This document shows positions 38,343-50,674 of a DNA stretch of 64,000 nucleotides, piece by piece. The notes beneath the pieces were generated by a model. It did no database searches, was not told the DNA's origin, and saw only the letters and a program-made list of their open reading frames with translations. Every line of letters starts with the position of its first letter. Within the stretch, counting starts at the first letter, position 1. The stretch lies in NCBI RefSeq assembly GCF_044704955.1, contig NC_091995.1, forward strand, positions 14,012,001-14,076,000, given 5' to 3'. This DNA comes from Pristiophorus japonicus. Lineage: Eukaryota. The translations under genes were made by a program, and so were the position numbers.

Positions 38343-38358
38343 GGCTCTTTTCAGGGCC
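38343..38358 (+). terminator. Histone 3' stem-loop (H1-like A)
   Basis: CCAAC-GGCTCTTTTCAGGGCC-AC followed by GAAGAGCC. Confidence 0.9.
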
Positions 38359-39851
38359 ACGCAAAATTCACGAAGAGCCGGATCGCTCGTTGTAACGAGA
38401 GTTGGGTTGTAAAATACGGAAAATTGCAATTCACCCGCTAGTATATTACCAAAAGAAGCTTGATTGAAGAATAGGAACCAATTATTTCCCCATCACGATA
38501 CTGGAAATTACTAAACAAATTACATTGCGTTTTTCCTGATGTTTTTTGTCTCCAGAAACCATAATACGGACTAATTAGGTTTTATATTCGTATTTTAAAG
38601 ATGGTTAAATTGTCGACAGCAGTAGAGCTGTAGCAAATTGTGAGGCGGGAGAATCAGAAAACCACATGTCGTCAGAGGGCGCCACTTTTAACAGTCCTCA
38701 GCCAGGTCCGCAACTGCTGCTTCGCGCCAAATTGTTAATTTATTTGTCATTTTCAGTAATCTATCTGAAAATTACAAATTGTTGAAACTAAATCCTGTCG
38801 TGCAGCTTATGAGTGCCACTGCAAGTATTTATTGCAATGTGCATATCGTGAAACTATAAACGTATTTATGAACTTGCGCCTTGTTTCCATTCGGTATGTA
38901 AATTCTGTTCGTTGTTGATACAGTTGAGGTAGGTCAGCCACTTGAATATGTAAGAATCGACATTGAAACAAACATAATGAGCGATCTTCGCTTCCATTTC
39001 CATCTTCCACTGCATTTTTAATAGCCTTGTTGAGATTGTCTTTGGCAAGACCACCCATTTGCATCTTTTTCACTCGAAAAAATAGAATGGAATCACAGAA
39101 TACAACGCTGGCGAAATTCCTACAAAACCATGTAGTGCCTTGGTAATAGAAGCCAGTCCCCGTAAACAAGGTGGCCCTACTTATAAACAAATGGAATGCT
39201 AGAATGTGGTCTCCACAAAGCACTGGTACAAATCTTGTGAAATTCCAACGTCCCAGCTAAAAGAATTTGGTCACCAACAATCATTATGAGGAAATAAACC
39301 TAAATTAGCAGCCCCACAACCTATCAAAACAATTGAACATAACACTTGAAAATGAAAGTTGCAGGCGATCCTTTTAAATGTTTATTTTCAAAAGTTCAGC
39401 CCAGCGACCATGGCCAAAATGAATTAAGAACCAGGCTACCTCTGGGGTAAAGGCCTCACAGTAGCATCGACATGCAAATTACATGACCTGCTGCATTAAC
39501 ACATTGACATGAAGATGCTGCATGTTGCTCCTTGGAGCTACCTGTGACTGGGCTATACAATCCTGGAAATGCAGATCCTGTGCATGGTGGCCGCAGATCT
39601 CTGTCCAAACTTGTGGTGGACAGCCCTCTGATTATCGCCATTTATAGGACGTAGGCTACTCAAACATCCGCTCTCCTGTGAATTCAAAAACCTCAAGTGT
39701 TTACAATTTCTCCCCTGCCACAACTTGAATGTACATCGTGTCTTTCAAATCCTCTGGCTATCCCCAACCCCTCAACAGTATGGATTACTCGTCAATGAAC
39801 GAACAGCCAGACAATCTGATTTTGGTGGTGTTGGCTGAGTAGTGAAAGAAA

Positions 39852-40308
39852 GAAGGCAGACTTGCATTTGTATAGTGCCTGTCACAACCACCGACATCTC
39901 AAAGCGCTTTACAGCCAATGAAGTGTAGTCACTGTTGTAATGCGTGAAACGCAGCAACCAATTTGCACACAGCAAGCTCCCACAAACAGTAATGTGATAA
40001 TGACCAGATAACCTGTTTTTGTTATGGTGACTGAGGGATAAATATTGGCCCCAGGACATCGGGAATAACTCCCCTATGCTTCTTCAAAATAGTGTAGTGG
40101 GATATTTTACATCCACCTTAGAGGACAGATGGGACCTCGATTTAACGTCTCATCCAAAAAACAGCACCTCCAACAATGCAGCACTCCCTCAGCACTGCAC
40201 TGGAGTGTCAGCCTAGATGTTTGTGTTCAAGTTTCTGGAGTGGGGACTTGAACCCACAACCTTCTGACTCAGAGGCGAGAGTGCTACCCACTGAGCCACA
40301 GCTGACAC
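39852..40308 (-). mobile_element. Deu-domain tRNA-SINE, full length
   Basis: Head, core and tail on the minus strand. Confidence 0.8.
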
Positions 40309-40329
40309 ACACAGTGAAATATTGATTAC

Positions 40330-43300
40330 ATAGGAACAGGAGCAAGCGAGTCAGCCCTTCCAGCCTGCTCCATCATTCAATTAGATCATGGCTGATATAC
40401 CTCAACTCCATTTACCTGCCCTTGCTACATCTCCCTTGTTACCCTTACACACGTGGTACCCCTTTTCTTCTTCAATTAGTGCCATGGGACTTTTTATATC
40501 CACCAGAACTGAAGGTTTCATTTGAAAGACAATGCATCACTCAGCATTATTCTGAGGTCCAATCAGCAGTTGAATTTCAGCATTGAACATTCTGGCTGAG
40601 AAGCGCAACGATAACATCGAATTTTACAGCACAGAAACAGGCCAACAAGTCTATGTCAGTGCTTATGCCCCACACAGGCCTCCTCTCATCTTAACTTCAC
40701 CTCACCCTTTCAACATATCCTTCTATTACTTTCTCTCTCATGCTTATCTAGCTTCCATTAAATAAATGTATGCTATTCTCCGCAAACACGCCATATGGTA
40801 GCGAGTTCCATGTTCTCACCACTCTCTCGGTAAAGAAGTTTTTTCTGAATTCCAAAAAGCCTGGTCAAAGAGGAATGTTTTAAGGGGTGTCTAGAAGGAG
40901 GAGAGAGGGGTAGAGAGGCGGAAAGGTGAGGCAGGGAATTCCAGAGCTTGGGGTCGAGGCAACAGAAGGCACAGCCATCAATAGTTTATAAAGCTCTGGT
41001 TAGGCCACAACTGGAGTATTGTGTCCAGTTCTGGTCACCACGCTTTAGCAAGGCTGTGAAGGTCTTTGAGAGGCTGCAGAGGAGATTCGCCAGAATGGTC
41101 CAGGGATGAGCGATTTTAGCTATAAGATTAGGTTGGAAAAGATGGGATTGTTCTCCTTGGAGCAAAGGAGGTTGAGGGGAAATTTGATCGAGGTGTACAA
41201 GATTATGACAGGTAGACAAAGAAAAGCTGTTTCCATTAACTGAGTGTACAAAAGGACTGGTGGGGATGGGGGGGGGGGGGGCAGAGATTTATGGTTTTGG
41301 GAAAGAGATAAGGGGGTATGTGCAGAGAACTTTTTTGCACAGCGAGTGGTAATGACCCGGAACTCGCTGCCGATGAGGGTGATAGAAGTGGAGACAATCA
41401 ATCAGCAATGCTCAAGAGGGCAGAATTAGAGGAGCGCTGACATCTTGGGGGGAGGGGTGTGGGGCTAGAGGAGATTACAGAGATAGGGAGGGATTTTAAA
41501 ATAAGGAAGATAATTTTGAAATCAAGGCGTTGCTTAACCGGAAGTCAATGTAGGTCAGCGAGCACAGGGGTGATGGGTGAGCGGGACTTGATGCGAGTTA
41601 GAACACGTGAGTTTTGGATCACCTCTAGTTTACGTCAGATACTTATCCAACTCTATTTTGAAAGATAAGATTGAGTCTGCCTGCACCACCCTTTCAGACA
41701 GTGCATTCCAGAACCCACCCAGACAAACAAAAAGAAACCCAGCCTATTCGGCATTTCCTGATATTTGTACCTTCTCAGTTCTGGTATCATAGAAACATAG
41801 AAACATAGAAAATTGGTGCAGGAGTAGGCCATTCGACACTTTGAGCCTGCACCGCCATTCAATGAGTTCATGGCTGAACATGCAACTTCAGTACCCCATT
41901 CCTGCTTTCTCGCCATACCCCTTGATCCCCCTAGTAGTAAGGACTGTATCTAACTCCTTTTTGAATATATTTAGTGAATTGGCCTCAACAACTTTCTGTG
42001 GTAGAGAATTCCACAGGTTCACCACTCTCTGGGTGAAAAAGTTTCTCCTCATCTCGGTCCTAAATGGCTCACCCCTTATCCTTAGACTGTGACCCCTGGT
42101 TCTGGACTTCCCCAACATTGGGAACATTCTTCCTGCATCTAACCTGTCTAAACCCGTCAGAATTTTAAACGTTTCTATGAGAGCCTCTCTCATTCTTCTG
42201 AACTCCAGTGAATACAAGCCCAGTTGATCCAGTCTTTCTTGATATGTCAGTCCCGCCATCCCTGGAATCAGTCTGGTGAATCTTCGCTGCACTCCCTCAA
42301 TAGCAAGAATGTCCTTCTAGGAGACCAAAACTGTACACAATACTCCAGGTGTGGCCTTACCAAGACCCTGTACAACGGTAGTAACACTTCTCTGCCCCTG
42401 TACTCAAATCCCCTCGCTATGAAGGCCAACATGCCATTTGCTTTCTTAACCGCCTGCTGTACCTGCATGCCAAGCTTCAATGACTGATGTACCATGACAT
42501 CCAGATCTCGTTGCACCTCCCCTTTTCCTAATCTGTCACCATTCAGATAATAGTCTGTCTCTCTGTTTTTACCATCATCCTCGTAAAACTATGCTTTCTG
42601 CAGTGCTTCTTTGATGGTGATGTTATTTTTCCTGCAGATGTTGATCAAAGAATCATAGAATCATAGACAAATTATGACACAGAAAGAGGCCATTCAGTCT
42701 ATCATGTCCATGCCGGTTGAAAAAGAAGTACCCAGCCTATTCCCACCTTTCAGCTCTTGGTCCGTAGCCCTGCAGGTTGGATGTGCACTTGTGCAATTCA
42801 AGTACTTTTTAAACGTGATGAGGGTCTCTGCCTCTTTCACCCTTTCAGACAGTGCGTTCCAGACCCCACCACCCTCTGAGTGAATTTAGTTCCCCTCATC
42901 TCCCCTCTAATCCTTCTACCAACTACTTTAAATCTATGCCCCCTGGTTGTTGACCTCTCTGCTAAGGGAAATAAGTCTTTCCTAGCCACTCTATCTAGCC
43001 CCTCATAATTTTGTACACCTCAATTAAATGTCCCCTCAGCCTCCTATGTTCCAAAGAAAACAACCCCAGCCTATCCAATCTTTCCTCAGAGCTAAAATTT
43101 TCCAGTCTTGGCAACATCCTCGTAAATCTCATCTGCCCCCTCTCCAGTGCAATCACATCCTTCCTTTAATGTGGTAACCAGAACTGTACAAAATACCTGT
43201 ACTCGGCTGTGGCCTAACAAGTGTTGTGTACATTCTTCCTGCATCTAACCTGTCCAATCCCGTCAGAATTTTATATGCTTCTATGAGATCCCCTTTCATT

Positions 43301-43775
43301 CTTCCAAATTCCAGTGAATATAACCCTAGTCGATCCAGTCTTTCTTCATATGTCAGTTCTAACATAACTTCCCTACTTTTATATTCTTTGCCTCGGCTAA
43401 TAAAGGAGAGCATTCTCTGGTGAAAAAAAAAGAAAACCAACCTCTTCGGCCTTACCTGATATTTGTATATGCCTTTTTAACCACCTTATGTACCTGTCCT
43501 TCTATCTTTAAGGATCTGCGGATATGCATTCCAAGGTACCTTTGTTCCTTTGCACTTTTCAGTGTCGTACCATTTATTGTGTATTCCCTTGCCTTACCTC
43601 ACACTGCTCTGGATTGAAATACATTTGCTACTGTTATGCCCATCTGACCAGTTCATTGATATCTTCCTGCAGTTTACAGCTTTCTTCTTCATTATCAACC
43701 ACACAGCCAATTTTTGTATCATCTGCAAACTTTTTAATCATACCTCCTATATTCAAGTTTAAATCATTGATACAT
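40330..43775. mobile_element. Nested CR1 and L2 fragments
   Basis: CR1 ORFs 41888-42516 and 43153-43440 (-); CR1 40985-41400 (+) inside an L2 (-). Confidence 0.75.
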
Positions 43776-43776
43776 T

Positions 43777-44009
43777 TTGCCTATCGAACCCCCTCATAAT
43801 TTTAAAGACCTCTATCAGGTCACAGTTCAGACTTATCTTTTCTAGAGAAAAAAAGAAGCCCAGTCTGTTCGGCCTTAACTGATAACTGCAGCTTGCCTAT
43901 CGAACCCCCTCATAATTTTAAAGACCTCTATCAGGTCACAGTTCAGACTTATCTTTTCTAGAGAAAAAAAGAAGCCCAGTCTGTTCGGCCTTAACTGATA
44001 ACTGCAGCT
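43777..44009. repeat. Exact 116-bp tandem duplication
   Basis: TTGCCTATCGAACCCCC...GATAACTGCAGC starts at 43777 and again at 43893. Confidence 0.85.
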
Positions 44010-44024
44010 TCTCAGTTCTGGTAT

Positions 44025-46570
44025 CATAGAAACATAGAAAATAGGTGCAGGAGAAGGCCATTCAGCCCTTTAAGCCTGCAACACCATTCAATATGATCAT
44101 GGCTGATCATGCACTTCAGTACCCCACTCCTGCCTTCTCCCCACACGCTCTGATCCCTTTAGCTGTAGGGCCACATCTAACTCCCTTTTAAATATATCTA
44201 ACAAACTGGCCTCAACAACTTTCTGTGGTAGAGAATTCCACAGATTCACAATTCTCTGAGTGAAAAAGTTTCTTGTCATCTCGGTCCTATATGGCTTACC
44301 CCTTATCCTTAGACTGTGACCCCTGGTTCTGGACTTCCTCAAAATCGGGAATATTCTTCCTGCATCTAACCTGTCCAATCCCGTCAGAATTTTATATGCC
44401 TCTATGAGATCCCCTCTCATTCTTCTAAATTCCAGTGAATATAACCCTAGTCGATCCAGTCTTTCTTCATATGTCAGTCTTGCCATTCCGGGAATCAGTC
44501 TGGTGAACCTTCGCTGCACTCCCTCAATAGCAAGAATGACCTTCCTCAGATTGGGAGACCAAAACGTCACACAATACTCAAGGTGTGGTCTCACCAAGGT
44601 CCTGTACAACTGCAGCAAAATCTCCCTGCTCCTATACTCAAATCCTCTCGCTATGAAGGCCAACATTTGCTTTCTTTACTGCCTGCTGTACCTGCATGCC
44701 TACTTTCAATGACTGATGTACCATGATACCCAGGTCTCGTTGCACCTCCCATTTTACTAATCTGTTACCATTCAGATAATAATCTGCCTTCCTGATTTTG
44801 CCACCAAAGTGGATAATCTCACATTTATCCACATTGCACTGCATCTGCCATGCATTTGCCCACTCACCTAACCTGTCCAAATCATCCTGCAGCCTCTTAG
44901 CATCCTCCTCACAGCTCACACTGCCACCCAGCTTAGTGTCATCTGCAAACTTGGAGATATTACATTCAATTCCTTCATCTAAATCATTAATATATATTGT
45001 AAATAGCTTGGGTCCCAGCACTGAACCTTACGGTACCCCACTAGTCACTGCCTGCCATTCTGAAAAGGACCCGTTTATTCCCACTCTTTGCTTCCTGTTT
45101 GCCAACCAGTTCTCTATCCACGTCAATATATTACCCCCAATCCCAATCCAATATACCACATCCACTGGTTCTCCCTTGTCCACTCTACTAGTTACATCCT
45201 CAAAAAATTCTAGCAGATTTGTCAAGCATGATTTTCCTTTCATAAATCCATGCTGACTTGGACCGATCCTGTCACTGATTTCCAAATGCGCTGCTATTAC
45301 ATATTTATTAATTGATTCCAGCATTTTTCCCACTACCGATGTCAGGCTAACCGGTCTAAAATTCCCTGTTTTCTCTCTCCCTCCATTTTTAAAAAGTGGG
45401 GTTACATTAGCTACCCTCCAATCCATAGAAACTGATCCAGAGAATGTTGGAAAATGACCACCAATGCATCTACTATTTCTAGGGCCACTTCCTTAAGTAC
45501 TCTGGGATGCAGACTATCAGGCCCTGGGGATTAATCGGCCTTCAATCCCATTAATTTCCCTAACACCATTTCCTGACTAATAAGGATTTCCTTCAGTTGC
45601 CTCAGTTTCCCCTTCTCGCTGGACCCTCGGTCCCCTAGTATTTTCAGGAGGTTATTCGTGTCTTCTTTAGTGAAGACAGAACCAAAGTATTTGTTCAATT
45701 GGTCTGCCATTTCCTTGTTCCCCATTATGAATTCACCTGATGCTGACTGCAAGGGACCTACATTAGTCTTCACTAATCTTTTTCTCTTCACATATCTATA
45801 GAAGCTTTTGCAGTCAGTTTTTATGTTCCCTGCAAGCTTACTCTCAAACTCTATTTCCTCCCTCCTAATTAAACCTTTAGGCCTTCTCTGCTGAATTCTA
45901 AATTTCTCCCAGTCCTCAAGTTTGCTGCTTTTTCTGGCCAATTTATATGCCTCTTCCTTGGATTTAACGCTTTCCCTAATTTCCCTTGATAGCTACGATT
46001 GAGCCACCTTCCCCATTTTATTTTTACACCAGACAGGGATGTACAATTGTTGTTGTGATCTTTAAATGTCTGTCATTGCCCATCTACTGTCAACCCTTTA
46101 ACCATCATTCGCCAGTCTATCCTAGCCAATTCACGTCTCATACCATCCAAGTTACCTTTCTTTAAGTTCAGGACCTTAGTCTCTGAATTAACTATGTCAC
46201 TCTCCATCTTAATGAAGAATTCTACCATATTATGGTCACTCTTCCCCAAGAGGCCTCGCACGATAAGATTGCTAATTAATCCTCACTCAATACACATCAC
46301 CCAGTCTAGGATGGCCTGCTCTCTAGTTGTTTCCTCAACATATTAGTTTAGAAAACATCCCTTATACACTCCAGGAAATCCTCCACCACAGTATTGCTAC
46401 CAGTTTGGTTAGCACAATCTATATGTACATTAAAGTCACCCATGATAACTGCTGTACCTTTATTGCACGCATCCCTAATTTCCTGTTTGATGCAATCCCC
46501 GACCTCCCTACTACTGTTTGGTGGTCTGTATACAACTCCCACTAACGTTTTCTGCCCTTTGGTATTTCAC
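44025..46570 (-). mobile_element. Long CR1 (HER1-like) LINE with endonuclease and RT remnants
   Basis: GVVYRPPNS, IMGDFN, LGKSDHNMVEF (APE endonuclease) through the RT and tail; frameshifted with internal deletions. Confidence 0.92.
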
Positions 46571-46594
46571 AGCCTTGTAAATTTGCTCTTTCCT

Positions 46595-46985
46595 AAGAAC
46601 ATAAGAAATAGGAGCAGGAGTAGGCCATTTGGCCCCTCGAGCCTGCTCTGTCATTAAATAAGTTCATGGCTGATCTGATCTTGGCCTCAGCTCCAATTCC
46701 CTGCCTGCTCCCCATAACCCTTGGTTCCCTTATCATTCAAAAATCTGTCTACCTCCACCTTAAATATTTTCAATGACCCAGCCTCCACAGCTCTCTGGGG
46801 TAGAGAATTCCAAAGATTCACCTTCTGAGAGATGAAATTTCTCCTCATTTCTGTCTAAAATGGGGGACCCCTTATTCTGAAACTATGCCCCCTAGTTCTA
46901 GATCCCCTCATGAGGGGAAACATCCTCTCTGCATCTACCCTGTCAAGAGCCCCCCAGAATCTTATATGTTTTAATAAGATCACCC
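46595..46985 (-). mobile_element. CR1 LINE 3' fragment
   Basis: CR1 3' UTR with a TTCTTATG tail. Confidence 0.75.
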
Positions 46986-47372
46986 CTGGCTTGTTAGATT
47001 GTGAGGTGATGTGGATGTATAGTTTTCCCATTGAGTGTTTTGTCTGAGGCTATAAGAATTAGCGTCCGTTGTGCTGGTTCCTAACGCTACAAGAATTGTA
47101 GAATGAGTCAGTACTATTGCTACAAGAAGTGTCGAAGCTCACGAAATCAACGTTACGCTGGGCCAGCAAGCTGCATTTGGAATTGAGTCATTTTCTGCAT
47201 TGAGTTGAGGCAATTTGTTTTTCAATTTAGCAACAGTCAGGGGGATTAATCCAACCATGGCTCTACTGCGTCGGTCTTGAGCCTTTAAATAGAAATGCAG
47301 TATCGCCTCCTGCAACCTTGGGGCGGGGGGGACGGGAGGATTGGCTCGCCTCAGTCTCAGCCCAGTCCAGCC

Positions 47373-47870
47373 ATGCCCAAGGTACGCAGAGCCGGCGCAG
47401 GTGCAGATGCAGATGCCGGGGCTGTCGCTAGCCCTGCCGCGCCCAAGAAGGCGGGCGCCCAGCCCCGGCTCCGGCGCCAGCAGCGCAAGAAAGAGCTGCG
47501 GGTCTCGCAGATGATCCTGCAGGCGCTGTCGGCCCGCAAGCAGCGCGGCGGCCTGTCGCTGGCCTCGCTGCGCAAGGTGCTCCTTGCCAACGGCTACGAC
47601 GCTCAGAAGAACCAGGCCCGCGTCCAGCTGGCCATCAGGAGCCTGGTGAACGACGGCTCGCTGGTGCAGACCCAGGCCACGGGCTCCTTCAGGCTGAACG
47701 AGGGGCGAGAGCGGCAGGCGAAGGAGGGCGAGCTCCAGGCCGCCGGGGAAGCCACCCGGACCACCGGCCAGGACAAAAGCGCTGCCACCGCCGCCGCTGC
47801 CACCGCCGCCAAGAAGCCCAGAAAAAGACGCGCTGAGAAAAAAGGTAAATCCAGAAAACCTCGAAAATAA
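47373..47870 (+). CDS. H1: Linker histone H1-like B, shortened wing and short tail (165 aa)
   Basis: VSQMILQALSARKQRGGLSLASLRKVLLANGYDAQKNQARVQLAIRSLVNDGSLVQTQATGSFRL; TTTAAATA at 47284; stem-loop. Confidence 0.9.
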   Translation: MPKVRRAGAGADADAGAVASPAAPKKAGAQPRLRRQQRKKELRVSQMILQALSARKQRGGLSLASLRKVLLANGYDAQKNQARVQLAIRSLVNDGSLVQTQATGSFRLNEGRERQAKEGELQAAGEATRTTGQDKSAATAAAATAAKKPRKRRAEKKGKSRKPRK

Positions 47871-47914
47871 ATATGAGAGCGACGATGAATTTATAACTCT
47901 TTTATAACACAAAA

Positions 47915-47930
47915 GGCTCTTTTGAGAGCC
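47915..47930 (+). terminator. Histone 3' stem-loop (H1-like B)
   Basis: CAAAA-GGCTCTTTTGAGAGCC-AC. Confidence 0.92.
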
Positions 47931-49461
47931 ACAATGTCTCCACAAATCGCTGAACTGCCCATTCTAAATGAAGATGAAGAAACATAGGAAATAGGTGCAG
48001 GAGCAGGCCATTCAGCCCTTCGAGCCTGCACCACCATTCAATATGATCATTGCTGATCAAGAAGGAAGATAAGGTTTAACTGTTTGGGACAGAGAGGGTG
48101 ATAAATATATAGACAAATATATAGACATCTTCAACGTATTTGAGCATGGCACCAGACAATCACATGCCGATCATATAGTCTAGAAGGAAATCTAGTATTG
48201 TTTTGATACAGTAAATAAGGGGAAACGCTCCATTGCCAGGAGGGTGGTAACCAGAGGACAGTAACATAATTGGCAAAAGAACCAGAGGGAAGATTAGATT
48301 TTTTTAACAGCCAGTTATGATCTGGTATGCATTGCCTGAAAGGGCGGTGAAAGCAGATTCAATAACTTTCAAAAGGGAATTGGATAAATACGTGAAAAGG
48401 AAAATTTTGCCGGGCTACGGGGAAAGCGTGGGAGTGGGACTAATTGGACAGCTCTTTCAAAGAGCCGGCACAGGCACGATGGGCCAAATCCTTATGTGCA
48501 GTATCATTTTCTGATTCTACCAAAGCTATCTTCATAGCTAGCTAGTTTATTCTCAATACACTTTCTGCTGTATGTGAGCATTCACTTTATGACCTTGCCA
48601 CACTCTCAGTGCCCCGGGACACCAACAGCCATCATAACTATATTCGTCCTTTTCCACTTTAGGTTCAGCAAATGCATTCACACTTTCTCCTGAGTTGTAA
48701 TGTCAGGAAGCACAACATTTTTGATCTCTTGCTACACCCTCTGATGGGGAAATGACAATCTACCTTTCAGTTCAGAGAGCAGTTTCTTCACGTCTCTCAA
48801 GTTGAATTGATTTCGATCGCGGGCTGGAGGTGGGGGGCGGGGGAGGAGGGTCACACTGCTTTGAAGATGACAAGGCAGGCACAGAAAGCATCTAGCTTCA
48901 TGTTGCCTGCCATGGGTAAATGCTGTGCCGACAGGGTTATGCCATCGTTTATGCATTAATGCATAATCAAGATTTCAGAGTCCCATCCCCTTTGTCAATA
49001 CGTGCTGTATAATTTGACCAGAAAGACATCAGCCCGTGCAAACCTACAGCGGGAACTGGATATCAGCCAGACTCGGGAAGACAATTTCACCTTCAGAAAA
49101 TGGATATAACAAAAGCAAAAACAACTACGAACGTTGGAAATAAAAACAAAATGTTGGAAATACTCAGGTCAGGCAACACCGGTGGTGAGAAAGGGTGTTA
49201 ACGTTTCAGGTCGATGACCTTGCATGAAATTCCCGTGTGCAAGCAGATCTCCCACTCCAGTTGCAATGCTTCGGTCCACTGGATTTTCTAAACATTGCAA
49301 AATAAAAAATAACGTTATGGTCATTATGGAACATGATACAATTGCGTTTCATGGTAAGGGAAATCAGCGTGAAGCATCTGACTGCGAGGCACTTGGAGAC
49401 GGGCGAATGCTTTAGGCGTTCAGACAAGGGGCGATCAAGCTCAATTCTGTTCGGGGTTGGT

Positions 49462-49477
49462 GGCTCTGAAAAGAGCC
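49462..49477 (-). terminator. Histone 3' stem-loop (H1-like C)
   Basis: ACAAC-GGCTCTTTTCAGAGCC-ACCAA on the minus strand. Confidence 0.95.
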
Positions 49478-49542
49478 GTTGTATTATATAGTGAGTTTTG
49501 TGCAAAGGTGGTTTCTGCACACCTCCCCCTGGCAGAGTCCTA

Positions 49543-50442
49543 TCACCGCTTCAGGCTGACTTTCCGTGGGCGCACTGCCGGCTTCCTGGGCCTGGCGGCC
49601 GGCGACCTCCCTCGGGACTTGTTACCCGCTGCCTTCCTGCCCCGGCCGGGCTTGCACTTGCGGTAAATTCGCGCCGCCGCCCGGCCCCGGGCCGCCTTGG
49701 ATCTGAAGCGGATGCGGACGGTCTTGGCCCCGGCGGGAGAGCAGGAAGAGCGGCGCCTGCGGCGGCGCCCGTCATCGAATTTGGGCTTGCGCGGGCGTCC
49801 CCGCAGCGGCGGTGCCTGCGCCTGTCGGCGTTTGGTGGCTTTGCGCCGGGCGTAAATGCGGCGGTGGCGGGGCGGCGGCCGCTTGGAGGCGGCGGCCACC
49901 CTCTTCCGCTTGGCCGACTCTTTCTTCTCCCTCCTGGGCGTTGTTACCGCCACTGCCGGAGGCGTAGAGCCTGCGTTCGCCCCGGTGTAGGCGGCGGCAG
50001 TAGGAGGACGGGGAGCCGGAACCCCCGAGCGGTTGAACCTGAAGGAGCCCGAGGCGCCGGTGCCGGCTGTCTGCACCAGCGAGCCCTTGGTCACCAGGTA
50101 CCGCACGGTGTGGTTGACGCGGTTGTTGTTGCGGCTCACGTCGTAGCCCTTGGCCGACAGCGCCTTCTTGAGGGCGGCCAGCGAGATGCCGCGGCGCTCC
50201 TTGGTGGCGGCCGCCACCTGCAGGATCTGCTCGGTCATGGTGGGGCCCGTCTTGCTGCGGCGCTTCAGGCCGTGTTGCGGCTGCCGTTCCGGCTGCTGCG
50301 CGTTTTGCTGCTGCTGCCGCTGCTTCTTCTTCTTCTTGGCCGCCGCCGCCGCCTTGTCCGGAGTCGACCGGGACTGGGGCGGAGTCCCGCCGCCGCCCAT
50401 GCCGCCCACATCTCCCGTCTCCTCCGAGTTATTGTCAGCCAT
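49543..50442 (-). CDS. H1: Linker histone H1-like C with protamine-like Arg-rich tail (299 aa)
   Basis: GCCATGG start; winged helix (GPTMTEQILQV...KERRGISLAALKKALSAKGYDV...LVTKGSLVQTAGTGASGSFRF); TATAAA at 50608-50613; stem-loop. Confidence 0.93.
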   Translation of the reverse strand: MADNNSEETGDVGGMGGGGTPPQSRSTPDKAAAAAKKKKKQRQQQQNAQQPERQPQHGLKRRSKTGPTMTEQILQVAAATKERRGISLAALKKALSAKGYDVSRNNNRVNHTVRYLVTKGSLVQTAGTGASGSFRFNRSGVPAPRPPTAAAYTGANAGSTPPAVAVTTPRREKKESAKRKRVAAASKRPPPRHRRIYARRKATKRRQAQAPPLRGRPRKPKFDDGRRRRRRSSCSPAGAKTVRIRFRSKAARGRAAARIYRKCKPGRGRKAAGNKSRGRSPAARPRKPAVRPRKVSLKR

Positions 50443-50674
50443 GCTCGGTTATGAGTCGGGGGGGGGGAGAGGGTTTGGGTGTGCGTGTGCCGAGGCAAAG
50501 GGAGGGGGCAGACGCTCTTTTCTCTCTCGCCACTCCCTGTTCCTCCCAAGCCGCGCACCAACACGTGGCTGAAACTAACAGGCGCCAGCCCGCCGCAGCG
50601 GCCGCTCTTTATAGAGGGGAAGCGGACGGGGTGGGGCGATCGCCGCCCACCGCACATCATCATCACCCGCACCC

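Noticed and set aside
37467-38429. Alternative-frame and antisense ORFs over the H1 genes (also 49498-50454 and 53142-54028)
   Set aside because: Expected from high GC content; only the H1 frames have domain motifs, good start context and stem-loops.
38807-39223. 138-aa minus-strand ORF in unique-looking sequence (possible viral or transposon relic)
   Set aside because: No recognisable motif and a non-ATG start; a BLASTx search would be needed to support any call.
43777-44009. Exact 116-bp duplication as a functional element
   Set aside because: It lies within LINE debris; recent slippage or an assembly artefact is sufficient explanation.
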